From an uncultured bacterium (GTDB lineage: Bacteria; CAZDME01; JAYEMH01): DNA of 64,000 nt. The position numbers were made by a program, and so were the translations under genes. The notes beneath the pieces were generated by a model. The model did not search any database, was not told the origin of the DNA, and saw nothing but the letters and a program-made list of their open reading frames with translations. The stretch lies in NCBI GenBank assembly GCA_964506075.1, contig CAZDKO010000001.1, positions 25,637 to 89,636 of the forward strand, written 5' to 3'. Each line of letters begins with the position of its first letter. Position 1 is the stretch's first letter. Shown piece by piece: positions 36,258 to 44,985 of the stretch.

Positions 36258-38532
36258 TGATGTATCTCTTTAATCCTGAATAATTATAGAGAAGCATTAC
36301 TGAGATGATTGAAAGCCCCAGAAAATAACAGAATAAAGTGAACACATATAATTTAGGCTTGTATATAAATCTCAGTGTATGCTCGCCTTTATCAATAATA
36401 ACAGACTTAAAAGCTAAATTAGCTTCATATATTACGCCCTGTTTTCCGTTGATAAAGACTTTCCATGATTTGTCAAAAGCGTCACCGTAATAAAGTAAAC
36501 TGTCTCTCTCCGCATTAATGTCCAGAATAATTTCATTAGGGCCGAATTTTTTTACCGTGATTTCTCCGCAAGTTTCGTTGTTTACGTTATCCGGTGATTT
36601 CTCTAAATGAGAATAAGCGGAGGGTAAATTTTTCTCGATAAAAATTACCTGCCGGGCAGTATCGGGGTCTATTTTACTTAAGGCTTCGATTATTTTATCC
36701 CGCGGTAAAACGATGACGTTAGAAACAAGCCGAAGTTTAGGAGCGGATATGCCCGCCAGGATGCTTTTAATTTCATTGGGAATTTGCTGGTGATTGGCAA
36801 ATTCAAAAAAATCCTTCATTTCATAAATGTGGGTGGTGACGTCGCGGGCTTTAGTGCTGTAAGCGGTAAATATTTTAAGCGTTGCCGGCACAAAAGCATA
36901 AAAAGGATATTTAGGACCGATTACTGGAATCCGGTAGTTTTCTTCAGGCGGTTTAACCGAATACAATAAAGGGGGGGTAATTCTCGGCAAAGTTACGAAA
37001 TTGTAAACATTGCTGTTAAACAGAGCCAAATCAACGATTATAAAAAATAATATCAGGGTATATTTAGTTTTTATATTTATCTTTTTAAAGTTTAATAAAA
37101 TGAAAATAAGAGGTATGCCGATAACGAAAAAGATTAAATTGGAATCAGATAAAGAAAGTGAATCTTGAAGCGTGGCTTTTAAGGCGTCGTTCATATACGC
37201 TAAATAGCCCAATAAAATGTGATATTTTAAAGTTAAAAAATTACTGAGACTGATGGTATTGGCATTGATTAACCAGGCGAAAAAGCATATCAGCACGCCT
37301 AAAAAGAAATAAGGTATTTTATAAAACTTGAGTCTGGATTTAAAGGCGGCTTCAAAAATTACATCCGAGCCGATACAGGTGAAATAAACTAAACAAAAGA
37401 TGAAAAAGGGGCCAAAAGTATGGGTGTTTCTAATTATTGAGAAAAAAGGGAAAAATTTATTAAAAAATAAGTAGAGGGGGCTTCTGTACCCCAACATCAA
37501 ACTCATGGTCAGTAAAATAGTTATTATGAATCCCCATTTATATTTATGACGGGAAAAACCCATTCCGAATATAGCCAGAAAAAGAGGAATTAACCCAATA
37601 TACAGAAAAGATTCAGATACATAATACCAGTTAAAGAAATGCAATATGAAAGAGTAAGGAGTAAGAAGATTTAAAAAATCAGCCGGAAAAGAATGGGCGG
37701 CGAAAGGGGCTTCGAACATTTTTACCGTGGGAACCACATCATAGGTATAAGCTAAATAAATAGGCAGAATTTTTATTGTTAGAAGAAATAATATGGATAA
37801 GGCCAAAAAACTGACGGCTTTATGGTTTTTTAAGAACATGCCTAATTTCGGCCAGCGGATGCTTTTGGATAAAAGTAAAGACAATAAAAGAATAGTTACC
37901 GAACTTATTATGAACATTGAATGGTAGGAGGGCAGTGTTATCCCTAAAAAAAGTACCGTTAATAAAAGGAATTTAGGTTTCTGCTCCTCCAGGAATCTTA
38001 CGGACGAATATACGATCCAGGGTAGTAAATAAAAGGCTAAAAGGAAAGCGTGCTGTCTTAAATAAGAGGTAGAGAAAGACGAAAAAGAGATGGCGACAAA
38101 AGCAAGGAAAGCACTGATTTCATATCTGGCTACATGCCGGTAAAAAAAGTATGCCCCGCAGATAAAGATCAAATAGCGTAAGAATAAATCCCAGTGGTAA
38201 AGGGTGAGTAAATTAATATGTAACAGCTTGCCGGTCAAAATTAACAGCAGCGTTGAAGGATCAGATAGATGAAGGATATTTATGTTTAGAAAAAAGATTT
38301 CCCCGCAGTTCATATAGGGATTCCAGAAGGACCAGACGCCGTGCTGGAGATTATCGGCAAAGTAATGGAATATTCCATACCAGATGATACTGTCATGTGA
38401 AACCATTAATTTATTGGAAATTAATAGTTGCCATTGTAGAATTATCAAGCCCGAAACAACAAAAGCGATGGCTAAGAAAATTTTTAAAATTTTGTGCTTT
38501 AACATAGCTAAATATTTAATAGTTAGAAACAA
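36238..38532 (-). CDS. Large polytopic membrane protein, GT-C-like (YfhO-like layout)
   Basis: 764 aa. About 14 TM helices followed by a C-terminal beta-rich domain and one terminal TM helix. The start overlaps the upstream gene by 20 nt. Confidence 0.35.
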   Translation of the reverse strand: MFLTIKYLAMLKHKILKIFLAIAFVVSGLIILQWQLLISNKLMVSHDSIIWYGIFHYFADNLQHGVWSFWNPYMNCGEIFFLNINILHLSDPSTLLLILTGKLLHINLLTLYHWDLFLRYLIFICGAYFFYRHVARYEISAFLAFVAISFSSFSTSYLRQHAFLLAFYLLPWIVYSSVRFLEEQKPKFLLLTVLFLGITLPSYHSMFIISSVTILLLSLLLSKSIRWPKLGMFLKNHKAVSFLALSILFLLTIKILPIYLAYTYDVVPTVKMFEAPFAAHSFPADFLNLLTPYSFILHFFNWYYVSESFLYIGLIPLFLAIFGMGFSRHKYKWGFIITILLTMSLMLGYRSPLYLFFNKFFPFFSIIRNTHTFGPFFIFCLVYFTCIGSDVIFEAAFKSRLKFYKIPYFFLGVLICFFAWLINANTISLSNFLTLKYHILLGYLAYMNDALKATLQDSLSLSDSNLIFFVIGIPLIFILLNFKKINIKTKYTLILFFIIVDLALFNSNVYNFVTLPRITPPLLYSVKPPEENYRIPVIGPKYPFYAFVPATLKIFTAYSTKARDVTTHIYEMKDFFEFANHQQIPNEIKSILAGISAPKLRLVSNVIVLPRDKIIEALSKIDPDTARQVIFIEKNLPSAYSHLEKSPDNVNNETCGEITVKKFGPNEIILDINAERDSLLYYGDAFDKSWKVFINGKQGVIYEANLAFKSVIIDKGEHTLRFIYKPKLYVFTLFCYFLGLSIISVMLLYNYSGLKRYINEKTNQ

Positions 38533-38535
38533 ATG

Positions 38536-39996
38536 TTATACGTATATTTTAATTAACGCTTCTAAAAGCTTAAAGCTAAGTTTAATCAGCCCGCCCCACT
38601 CCTTTGGTTTTAAATACCACTTTGGGGGAAGATAAAACCAGCCGGCCGGCCCTATTCTTTTTATCAATAGTTCCATAACCCTGTTTAATCTTAAAGAGAA
38701 AAGAAGGTTGGCTTTGATTATGTCTTTTCTTAATGTCTCTTCATCGGTTGTTATCGGAACGTAAGGCAATTTCGCCTGGGTTTTGGAATCCTGGACCAGT
38801 GAGCCGCAGGCATTAAGATTACCCCAGTCTTTTTCGATAAAAAGCCTGCCTTCGGCTTTGGCGATTTCATATAATTTGGTTCCCGGATAGGGAGTAGCGT
38901 TATTAAAGCGGACATAATCCAGATTCAATTTTTTAGCTAATTTATAATCCTGCCATCTTTCTTCTCTGGTTTCGGTGGGGAGACCAAATATAAATGTTCC
39001 GGAAACCTCGAAGCCGTGTTGCTTAGCCATTTTTACCGCTTCAATATTGGCCTGCACGGTTTCTCTTTTATTCAATATGACCATTAATCGTTCCGAAGCA
39101 GTTTCCAATCCAAAATTAATCAATCTAAAGCCCGCTTGTTTCAAAATATCAAGCATATTGTCATTAACCGCATCGGCTCTCGTCTGACAATCAAAAGTTA
39201 TTTTTTTATGAAATTGTTTTTTTATTATACCTTCGCATAGTTCAATGACTCTTTTAGGGTTAGCCGTAAAATTATCGTCAAGGAAATTAATGTGGGTTTG
39301 TTTATATTTGTTGACCAGAAGGTCTATTTCATCAAGGACAATCGCCGTAGGCACATAACGAAATTTCTGCCCGGAAATTAATCGCTGGCTGCAAAATATA
39401 CAGTCGTAAGGGCATCCCCGGGAACTGGCGATAAAACTAAAATTATATCTGCCGATGTCTTTCTCAAAGAGATAATAGGGAAAGGGGGAGAGCTGACTTA
39501 GCTCGGGTAAATCAGTATCGGGGTTATGAATGACTTCTCCGTTCTTTTTAAAAGACAGTCCTTTTATATTTGAATAGTCGCCTCTATTTTTAATCGCCTC
39601 GTAAAGAGTCACTAAAGTTTCTTCTGCTTCGCCGCGAAGGACAAAATCAATGTCGGCATTTTCTAAAACTTCTTCAGGGAGGACAGTCGGATGAATTCCC
39701 CCCGAAATAATTTTTGAATCCGGATATAAAGTTTTGATTAAACGGGCAATTTCTTTACTTCTTCCCACGCAGGCGGTTAAAGTGGATAGACCAAAGATAT
39801 ATGGCGGGGAGGTAGTTTTGACGGATTCTTTAAGTAAATCTCTGGATATGGGTTGGATATGTTCATTGACTATGGTTATTTTTTTACCGTGAGAAAGTAA
39901 GCTTGAGGCTAAATAACCGATGCCGATAGGAACACTCAAAGGGACATATTTATCAAAAATACCGAATTTGGTTGATTTTGGATTTATTAAAATCAT
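38536..39996 (-). CDS. B12-binding-domain radical SAM protein (class B)
   Basis: An N-terminal Rossmann-like B12-binding region (MILINPKSTKFG..IGIGYLASSL..) followed by RGCPYDCIFCSQ (CX3CX2C). Length is 486 aa. Confidence 0.65.
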   Translation of the reverse strand: MILINPKSTKFGIFDKYVPLSVPIGIGYLASSLLSHGKKITIVNEHIQPISRDLLKESVKTTSPPYIFGLSTLTACVGRSKEIARLIKTLYPDSKIISGGIHPTVLPEEVLENADIDFVLRGEAEETLVTLYEAIKNRGDYSNIKGLSFKKNGEVIHNPDTDLPELSQLSPFPYYLFEKDIGRYNFSFIASSRGCPYDCIFCSQRLISGQKFRYVPTAIVLDEIDLLVNKYKQTHINFLDDNFTANPKRVIELCEGIIKKQFHKKITFDCQTRADAVNDNMLDILKQAGFRLINFGLETASERLMVILNKRETVQANIEAVKMAKQHGFEVSGTFIFGLPTETREERWQDYKLAKKLNLDYVRFNNATPYPGTKLYEIAKAEGRLFIEKDWGNLNACGSLVQDSKTQAKLPYVPITTDEETLRKDIIKANLLFSLRLNRVMELLIKRIGPAGWFYLPPKWYLKPKEWGGLIKLSFKLLEALIKIYV

Positions 39997-40287
39997 TAAT
40001 TTTAAGGGATATAGGGCTTTATGAAATTTTGGCTTTCCGTATTATAGCAGTAATTTAATACTAATGCCAGATTTATTTAGTCATATTGTGATATATAGCG
40101 AAAAGGGAGAATATCCACAAAAATTACCTTTCCGATTGTAAAACGACAGAATATTTTAAGGTTTTAGACTGATAATACTCTTGCCCCCATAAACTATATA
40201 TGGTAATATTAAAAACAATAAACTCCGAAAGAAAGTTTCTTGCCGGTTTAGGCGAGACTGAATACGAAGAAAAAGGAGAAAATAGCT

Positions 40288-40941
40288 ATGTTTAACGACA
40301 TAAAGGCCTGTTTTGAGCGGGACCCGGCGGCTAAAAATATTCTGGAAGTACTTTTTTGCTATTCGGGTCTGCACGCTATAATTGGTTATAGGACCTGTCA
40401 TTTTCTCTATCGGCTGCATATCCCTTTTTTTCCCCGGTTTTTTTCTCAGATAGTCAGGTTTTTTACCGGAACGGAAATCCATCCGGCTGCCCAGATCGGC
40501 CGGGGCTTTTTTATTGACCACGGTATGGGAGTGGTCATAGGGGAGACCACGGTGATTGGTGATAACGTTACTCTTTTTCAGGGGGTAACTCTGGGCGGAA
40601 CCGGAAAAGAGAAGGGTAAAAGGCACCCGACTTTAGGTAATAACGTCGTCGTTGGCGCCGGAGCAAAAATACTGGGTAATATTACCATCGGTGATAATGT
40701 CCAGGTGGGAGCTAATGCAGTGGTCGTCCGTTCGGTTCCGACTAATTCAACGGTGGTCGGAGTTCCGGGACGGATTGCCAGACGTGAGGGCGTGCCGATT
40801 CCGGGAATTAATCTTGACCATACCAGTCTTCCTGACCCGCTGGCCGAAAAATTGGAAAATGTTCAGCATGAAATTGACCTGATTGAGAAACATCTTAAGG
40901 AGTGGAGAGAAAATAAAACTAAAAATAACCCAACAGGATAA
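40288..40941 (+). CDS. cysE: Serine O-acetyltransferase
   Basis: An N-terminal SATase helical domain ([27 protein letters not shown]) plus a left-handed beta-helix of hexapeptide repeats ([41 protein letters not shown]). RBS aaaggag. Confidence 0.85.
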   Translation: MFNDIKACFERDPAAKNILEVLFCYSGLHAIIGYRTCHFLYRLHIPFFPRFFSQIVRFFTGTEIHPAAQIGRGFFIDHGMGVVIGETTVIGDNVTLFQGVTLGGTGKEKGKRHPTLGNNVVVGAGAKILGNITIGDNVQVGANAVVVRSVPTNSTVVGVPGRIARREGVPIPGINLDHTSLPDPLAEKLENVQHEIDLIEKHLKEWRENKTKNNPTG

Positions 40942-41160
40942 AATTTACAATAAACAAATTCCAAATTACCCGTCTGCCCTGTCTGCCGAGAGGGAGGTGC
41001 CCCGCTTCGCCAAGCGAGGCGAGCAGGCAGGCGACAAACAGATAAACAATATACAAATTCCAAAACCGAAATTCCCAATAGCATATTGTCTATGGTATAT
41101 TGTAGTTTGTTTGTAATTTGTATATTGGTAATTGGAATTTACTGGACTATAAGGTAAATA
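40942..41160. repeat. Heptad-periodic AT-rich intergenic region with an embedded GC-rich hairpin island (40970-41036)
   Basis: caaattN heptads; a GC island ccgtctgccctgtctgccgagagggaggtgccccgcttcgccaagcgaggcgagcaggcaggcgac with local hairpin cgctt-cgcc-aagcg; then atattgt|ctatggt|atattgt|agtttgt|ttgtaat|ttgtata|ttggtaa|ttggaat. Confidence 0.55.
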
Positions 41161-42570
41161 ATGGTTTTAAAAGTTTATAACACACTCAAGCGAAAGAAAG
41201 AAGAATTTATTCCTCTTAAAAAAGGCAGGGTAAATATGTATGTCTGCGGGGTCACGGTTTACGATGACTGCCACCTGGGACACGCCCGGGCGTACGTTGC
41301 TTTTGACGTTATCCGCCGGTATCTGGAGGATAAAGGATATAAAGTTAACTATATCCAGAATTTTACCGATATAGACGATAAGATTATTAACCGGGCGAGG
41401 GAGGAAGTGGCCTCCTCCGGCGATAAAAAGGCCGATTTAAAGGAAAAAGTGAAAGAAATAAGCGAGCGCTACATCAAATCTTACTTTGAGGTAATGGATA
41501 AGCTGAACATCAAAAGGGCGGATAAATATCCTAAAGCGACCGAAAATATCCCGGAAATGATTCAGATGATTAAAATTCTTATTGACAGGGGGTTTGCTTA
41601 TGAGGTGGACGGCAATGTTTACTTTGCGGTGGAGAACTTTAAAAACTACGGTAAACTTTCCCGTCGGCCGCGCGACGAAATGGCTAATATCAGCCGGATT
41701 GAAAAGGATGAAAATAAAAAAAGCCCGCTTGATTTTGCTCTATGGAAAAAGTCAAAGCCGGATGAACCGGCCTGGCCTGACCCCTGGGGAGAAGGCCGCC
41801 CGGGCTGGCACATAGAGTGCTCGGTGATGTCTCAGAAAAATCTGGGGGAGACCCTTGATATTCACGGGGGAGGGAGTGATTTAATTTTCCCTCACCACGA
41901 AAACGAAATTGCCCAGTCAGAGGCTTATACGGGAAAACCCTTTGTCCGCTACTGGCTTCATAACGGCTTTATTACCATTAATAAAGAGAAAATGTCTAAA
42001 TCGTTAGGTAATATCTTTGCTTTAAAAGACCTTTTTGGAAAATATCCACCCGAAGTGGTTCGTCTTTTTCTTATTTCCACTCACTACCGCAGTCCCATTG
42101 ATTTCAGCCCGGATAAAATTGAGGAAGCCCGGAAAAAATGGGAAAGAATCAGTATTTGTTTAGAAAAAAAACCGGCGGTGATTCCGGAAAAGAGAGTAAA
42201 TTATCTAGATACAGAAAAACTTTTTACCCGTTTTGAAGAATTTATGGATGATGATTTTAATACTGCCGGGGCAATCGGAATCGTTTTTGAACTGGTGGGG
42301 ATGATTAATAAAGAGTTGGAGAAAGATAGGCCTGAAGAAAAATTAATTAACGCCGGTTATCAGGTTTTAGAGAAGATGCTTAAAGTTTTAGGGTTGCCGG
42401 ATAGAATCGTGAAAAAATCCGAACAGGAAATTGAGGACTTAATCAGGCAAAGAGAAGAAGCGCGTGCTTCTAAAAACTGGGCTTTGTCCGATAAAATCCG
42501 CGACGAATTAAAATCGCGCGGCGTCGTCCTTGAAGATACCAAAGACGGGACGAAGTGGAGGAGAATATAG
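41161..42570 (+). CDS. cysS: Cysteine--tRNA ligase
   Basis: HIGH-type motif CHLGHARAYVAFDVIRRYL and KMSKS. Zn-binding cysteines are present. Length is 469 aa. Confidence 0.9.
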   Translation: MVLKVYNTLKRKKEEFIPLKKGRVNMYVCGVTVYDDCHLGHARAYVAFDVIRRYLEDKGYKVNYIQNFTDIDDKIINRAREEVASSGDKKADLKEKVKEISERYIKSYFEVMDKLNIKRADKYPKATENIPEMIQMIKILIDRGFAYEVDGNVYFAVENFKNYGKLSRRPRDEMANISRIEKDENKKSPLDFALWKKSKPDEPAWPDPWGEGRPGWHIECSVMSQKNLGETLDIHGGGSDLIFPHHENEIAQSEAYTGKPFVRYWLHNGFITINKEKMSKSLGNIFALKDLFGKYPPEVVRLFLISTHYRSPIDFSPDKIEEARKKWERISICLEKKPAVIPEKRVNYLDTEKLFTRFEEFMDDDFNTAGAIGIVFELVGMINKELEKDRPEEKLINAGYQVLEKMLKVLGLPDRIVKKSEQEIEDLIRQREEARASKNWALSDKIRDELKSRGVVLEDTKDGTKWRRI

Positions 42571-42623
42571 GTTTTCCGGTTTATAACTGGTCAACCGGCT
42601 AACTGAAAGCAAGGAGGGAAAAA

Positions 42624-43409
42624 ATGGACTGGGGAATGAAAAATCGTTTAAATACACTGATGCCGAACGGGCGTTGTTTTTTTATGCCCATTGACCACGG
42701 TTATTTTCAGGGGCCGACGAGGGGATTGGAAAAACCGGGCGAAACGATAAAGCTACTCCTTCCTTATGTTGACGCTCTTTTTTGCACCAGAGGCGTTCTT
42801 CGTTCATCAATTGACCCTCTGAAAAGTAAACCGATTGTTTTAAGAGTCTCGGGATGCACCAGTATGGTCGGGGGAGACCTGGCTAATGAAGAAGTTACCA
42901 CCTCAATCGAAGAGATTATTCGCCTCAACGCCTCGGCCGTGGGAGTATCTGTTTTTATCGGTAGTAATTATGAACGACAGACGTTACTTAATCTTTCCAA
43001 AATGGTTAATGACTGCGAAAATTACGGTATCCCGGTCATGGCCGTAACCGCCGTAGGCAAGGAACTGGAAAAACGGGACGCGCGGTATCTCTCTTTATGC
43101 TGCCGGATTGCGGCCGAACTGGGAGCGCGCGTGGTCAAAACTTACTGGTGTGAAAATTTTGAGAAAGTCGTTCAGGGCTGTCCGGTTCCGGTGATTATGG
43201 CCGGCGGACCAAAATGCGAAACAGAAAAAGAGGTTTTTGAATTTGTTTACGACGGGATGCAGAAAGGCGCGGTCGGCATCAATCTGGGACGGAATGTCTG
43301 GCAGAATCCTGCTCCGGTTTCCATAGCTAAAGCCTTAAGAGCGATCGTTCATAAAAAAGCAACGGTTAGAGAAGCAGTCGAGATATTTAAAGAAAATAAA
43401 AAGGAATAA
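42624..43409 (+). CDS. Class I aldolase of the DhnA/FbaB (DeoC/LacD-fold) family
   Basis: FFMPIDHGYFQGPTRGLE near the N-terminus. Length (261 aa) and TIM-barrel layout are typical of DhnA-type fructose-bisphosphate / ADH-synthase aldolases. Confidence 0.65.
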   Translation: MDWGMKNRLNTLMPNGRCFFMPIDHGYFQGPTRGLEKPGETIKLLLPYVDALFCTRGVLRSSIDPLKSKPIVLRVSGCTSMVGGDLANEEVTTSIEEIIRLNASAVGVSVFIGSNYERQTLLNLSKMVNDCENYGIPVMAVTAVGKELEKRDARYLSLCCRIAAELGARVVKTYWCENFEKVVQGCPVPVIMAGGPKCETEKEVFEFVYDGMQKGAVGINLGRNVWQNPAPVSIAKALRAIVHKKATVREAVEIFKENKKE

Positions 43410-43410
43410 T

Positions 43411-43481
43411 AAATCATAAATTCCAAATTACAATAGACAAATTACAAACAATACACAATATCCAATATCCAATATTAAATA
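43411..43481. repeat. Heptanucleotide tandem array (10 units)
   Basis: aaatcat|aaattcc|aaattac|aatagac|aaattac|aaacaat|acacaat|atccaat|atccaat|attaaat. Confidence 0.65.
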
Positions 43482-43841
43482 ATGTCTATAACTCGAACCA
43501 AACCATATGATTTAGAAGAAAGAACTTTAGAATTTGCTAAGGGAATAATTAAACTATGTAAAAAGATGAACAGGGATACAATTAATATAAAACTAATTGG
43601 ACAATTAATAGCTTCTTCAACCTCTGTGGGAGCAAATTATAGAGAGGCAAATGAAAAACTAAGCAAGAAAGATTTTCTGCACAGGATGAGGATTTCTAGA
43701 AAAGAATGTAAGGAAACAAGTTTTTGGTTAGAGCTTATTAAAGAGACAAATGGCCAATTTGAAAACGAATTAAACAGTTTTATTAGAGAATCTCAAGAGT
43801 TAAGAAATATATTTACCTCTATTATCGATAAATCTAAATAA
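43482..43841 (+). CDS. Four-helix-bundle protein (23S rRNA intervening-sequence protein family)
   Basis: ..LEFAKGIIKLCKKM..IGQLIASSTSVGANYREANEKLSKKDFLHRMRISRKECKETSFWLELIKE matches the conserved core of this family. Length is 119 aa. Confidence 0.7.
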   Translation: MSITRTKPYDLEERTLEFAKGIIKLCKKMNRDTINIKLIGQLIASSTSVGANYREANEKLSKKDFLHRMRISRKECKETSFWLELIKETNGQFENELNSFIRESQELRNIFTSIIDKSK

Positions 43842-43989
43842 TTTTTAGCTTTTGTGTATTAAAGTTTTGTATATTGTTTGCCCTGTGAAATTTAAAGAAT
43901 TTCCAGGATTAAGTTCCCGCAATTTTTCAAATTACAGGGGATAATTTGTAATTTATGTATTGTAATTTTAACTATTTTGGTAATGTAAA

Positions 43990-44967
43990 ATGCGTGTAGC
44001 TGTTTATTATAACAATCACGATATCCGCCTGGAAGAAAGGCCGGTGCCTGAAATTTCAACCGGTGAAATTCTGGTTAAAATGATGGCCAGCGGTATCTGC
44101 GGAACCGACGTGATGGAATGGTACCGAATTCAAAAAGCCCCGCGGGTTCTGGGGCATGAGATAGCCGGTATCATTGCTGAGTCTAAGTCAAAAAAATATA
44201 AAGCGGGGGAGAGGGTATTTGTCAGCCATCACGTGCCCTGTAATACCTGTAAATATTGTCTGGATGGTAATCATACGGCTTGCGAGACACTTCATAAAGG
44301 TAACTACGAACCGGGTGGATATAGTGAATTTATCCGGGTGTCCAGAGAAAATGTCAGTCTCGGCACTTATGTTTTACCGAAAAGTGTTTCTTATGAAGAA
44401 GGAACGATGATTGAGCCTTTAGCCTGTGCCGTCAGAGGCCAGAGAATAATTACCGTTAAGAAAGGGCAGATAGTTTTAGTTCTGGGAAGCGGTGTTTCGG
44501 GTCTTTTAAATATTCGTCTGGCGAAATTAAAAGGAGCCAGAGTTATTGCGACCGACATCAATGATTACCGGTTAAATAAGGCCAGAGAGTTTGGCGCCGA
44601 TGAAGTTTTAAAACCGGATGAGGTCTTAAGTCTTAAAGCAGACCGGATTATCATTTGTACCGGTGCGTACCAGGCCGTCAAGCAGGCCTTTGACTGTATA
44701 GACAGAAAAGGCATCATCTTACTTTTTGCCATTCCTGACCGAAACATAGAAGTACCGGTTACGGATTTCTGGAGAAACGAAATCACCATTACCTCTTCTT
44801 ACGGCGCCGCCCCGTCTGATTTAAAAGAAGCCCTGGATTTAATCAAAGATAAAAAGGTGGACGTTAAGGCCACAATTACCCACCGGCTGCCGTTAGAGGA
44901 AATTCTGGAAGCTTTCCGGATAGTTTCTGAAGCGGGAGAATCTTTAAAGGTAGTTTTGACCCCTTAA
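43990..44967 (+). CDS. Zn-dependent alcohol dehydrogenase, MDR family (threonine/sorbitol dehydrogenase-like)
   Basis: GICGTDV..GHEIAGII has the catalytic Zn ligands. The structural Zn site is CNTCKYCLDGNHTAC. The Rossmann motif is VLGSGVSG. Confidence 0.75.
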   Translation: MRVAVYYNNHDIRLEERPVPEISTGEILVKMMASGICGTDVMEWYRIQKAPRVLGHEIAGIIAESKSKKYKAGERVFVSHHVPCNTCKYCLDGNHTACETLHKGNYEPGGYSEFIRVSRENVSLGTYVLPKSVSYEEGTMIEPLACAVRGQRIITVKKGQIVLVLGSGVSGLLNIRLAKLKGARVIATDINDYRLNKAREFGADEVLKPDEVLSLKADRIIICTGAYQAVKQAFDCIDRKGIILLFAIPDRNIEVPVTDFWRNEITITSSYGAAPSDLKEALDLIKDKKVDVKATITHRLPLEEILEAFRIVSEAGESLKVVLTP

Positions 44968-44985
44968 TAATACATACTAAAAATA

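Noticed and set aside
40156-40626. 156-aa ORF on the minus strand
   Set aside because: It lies entirely inside or antisense to cysE and its upstream region and has no motif. The cysE frame has strong family signatures, so this is a shadow ORF. The same applies to the other short antisense ORFs in the track (for example 863-1084, 1898-2197, 6665-7030, 12215-12659, 33507-33788, 57073-57339).
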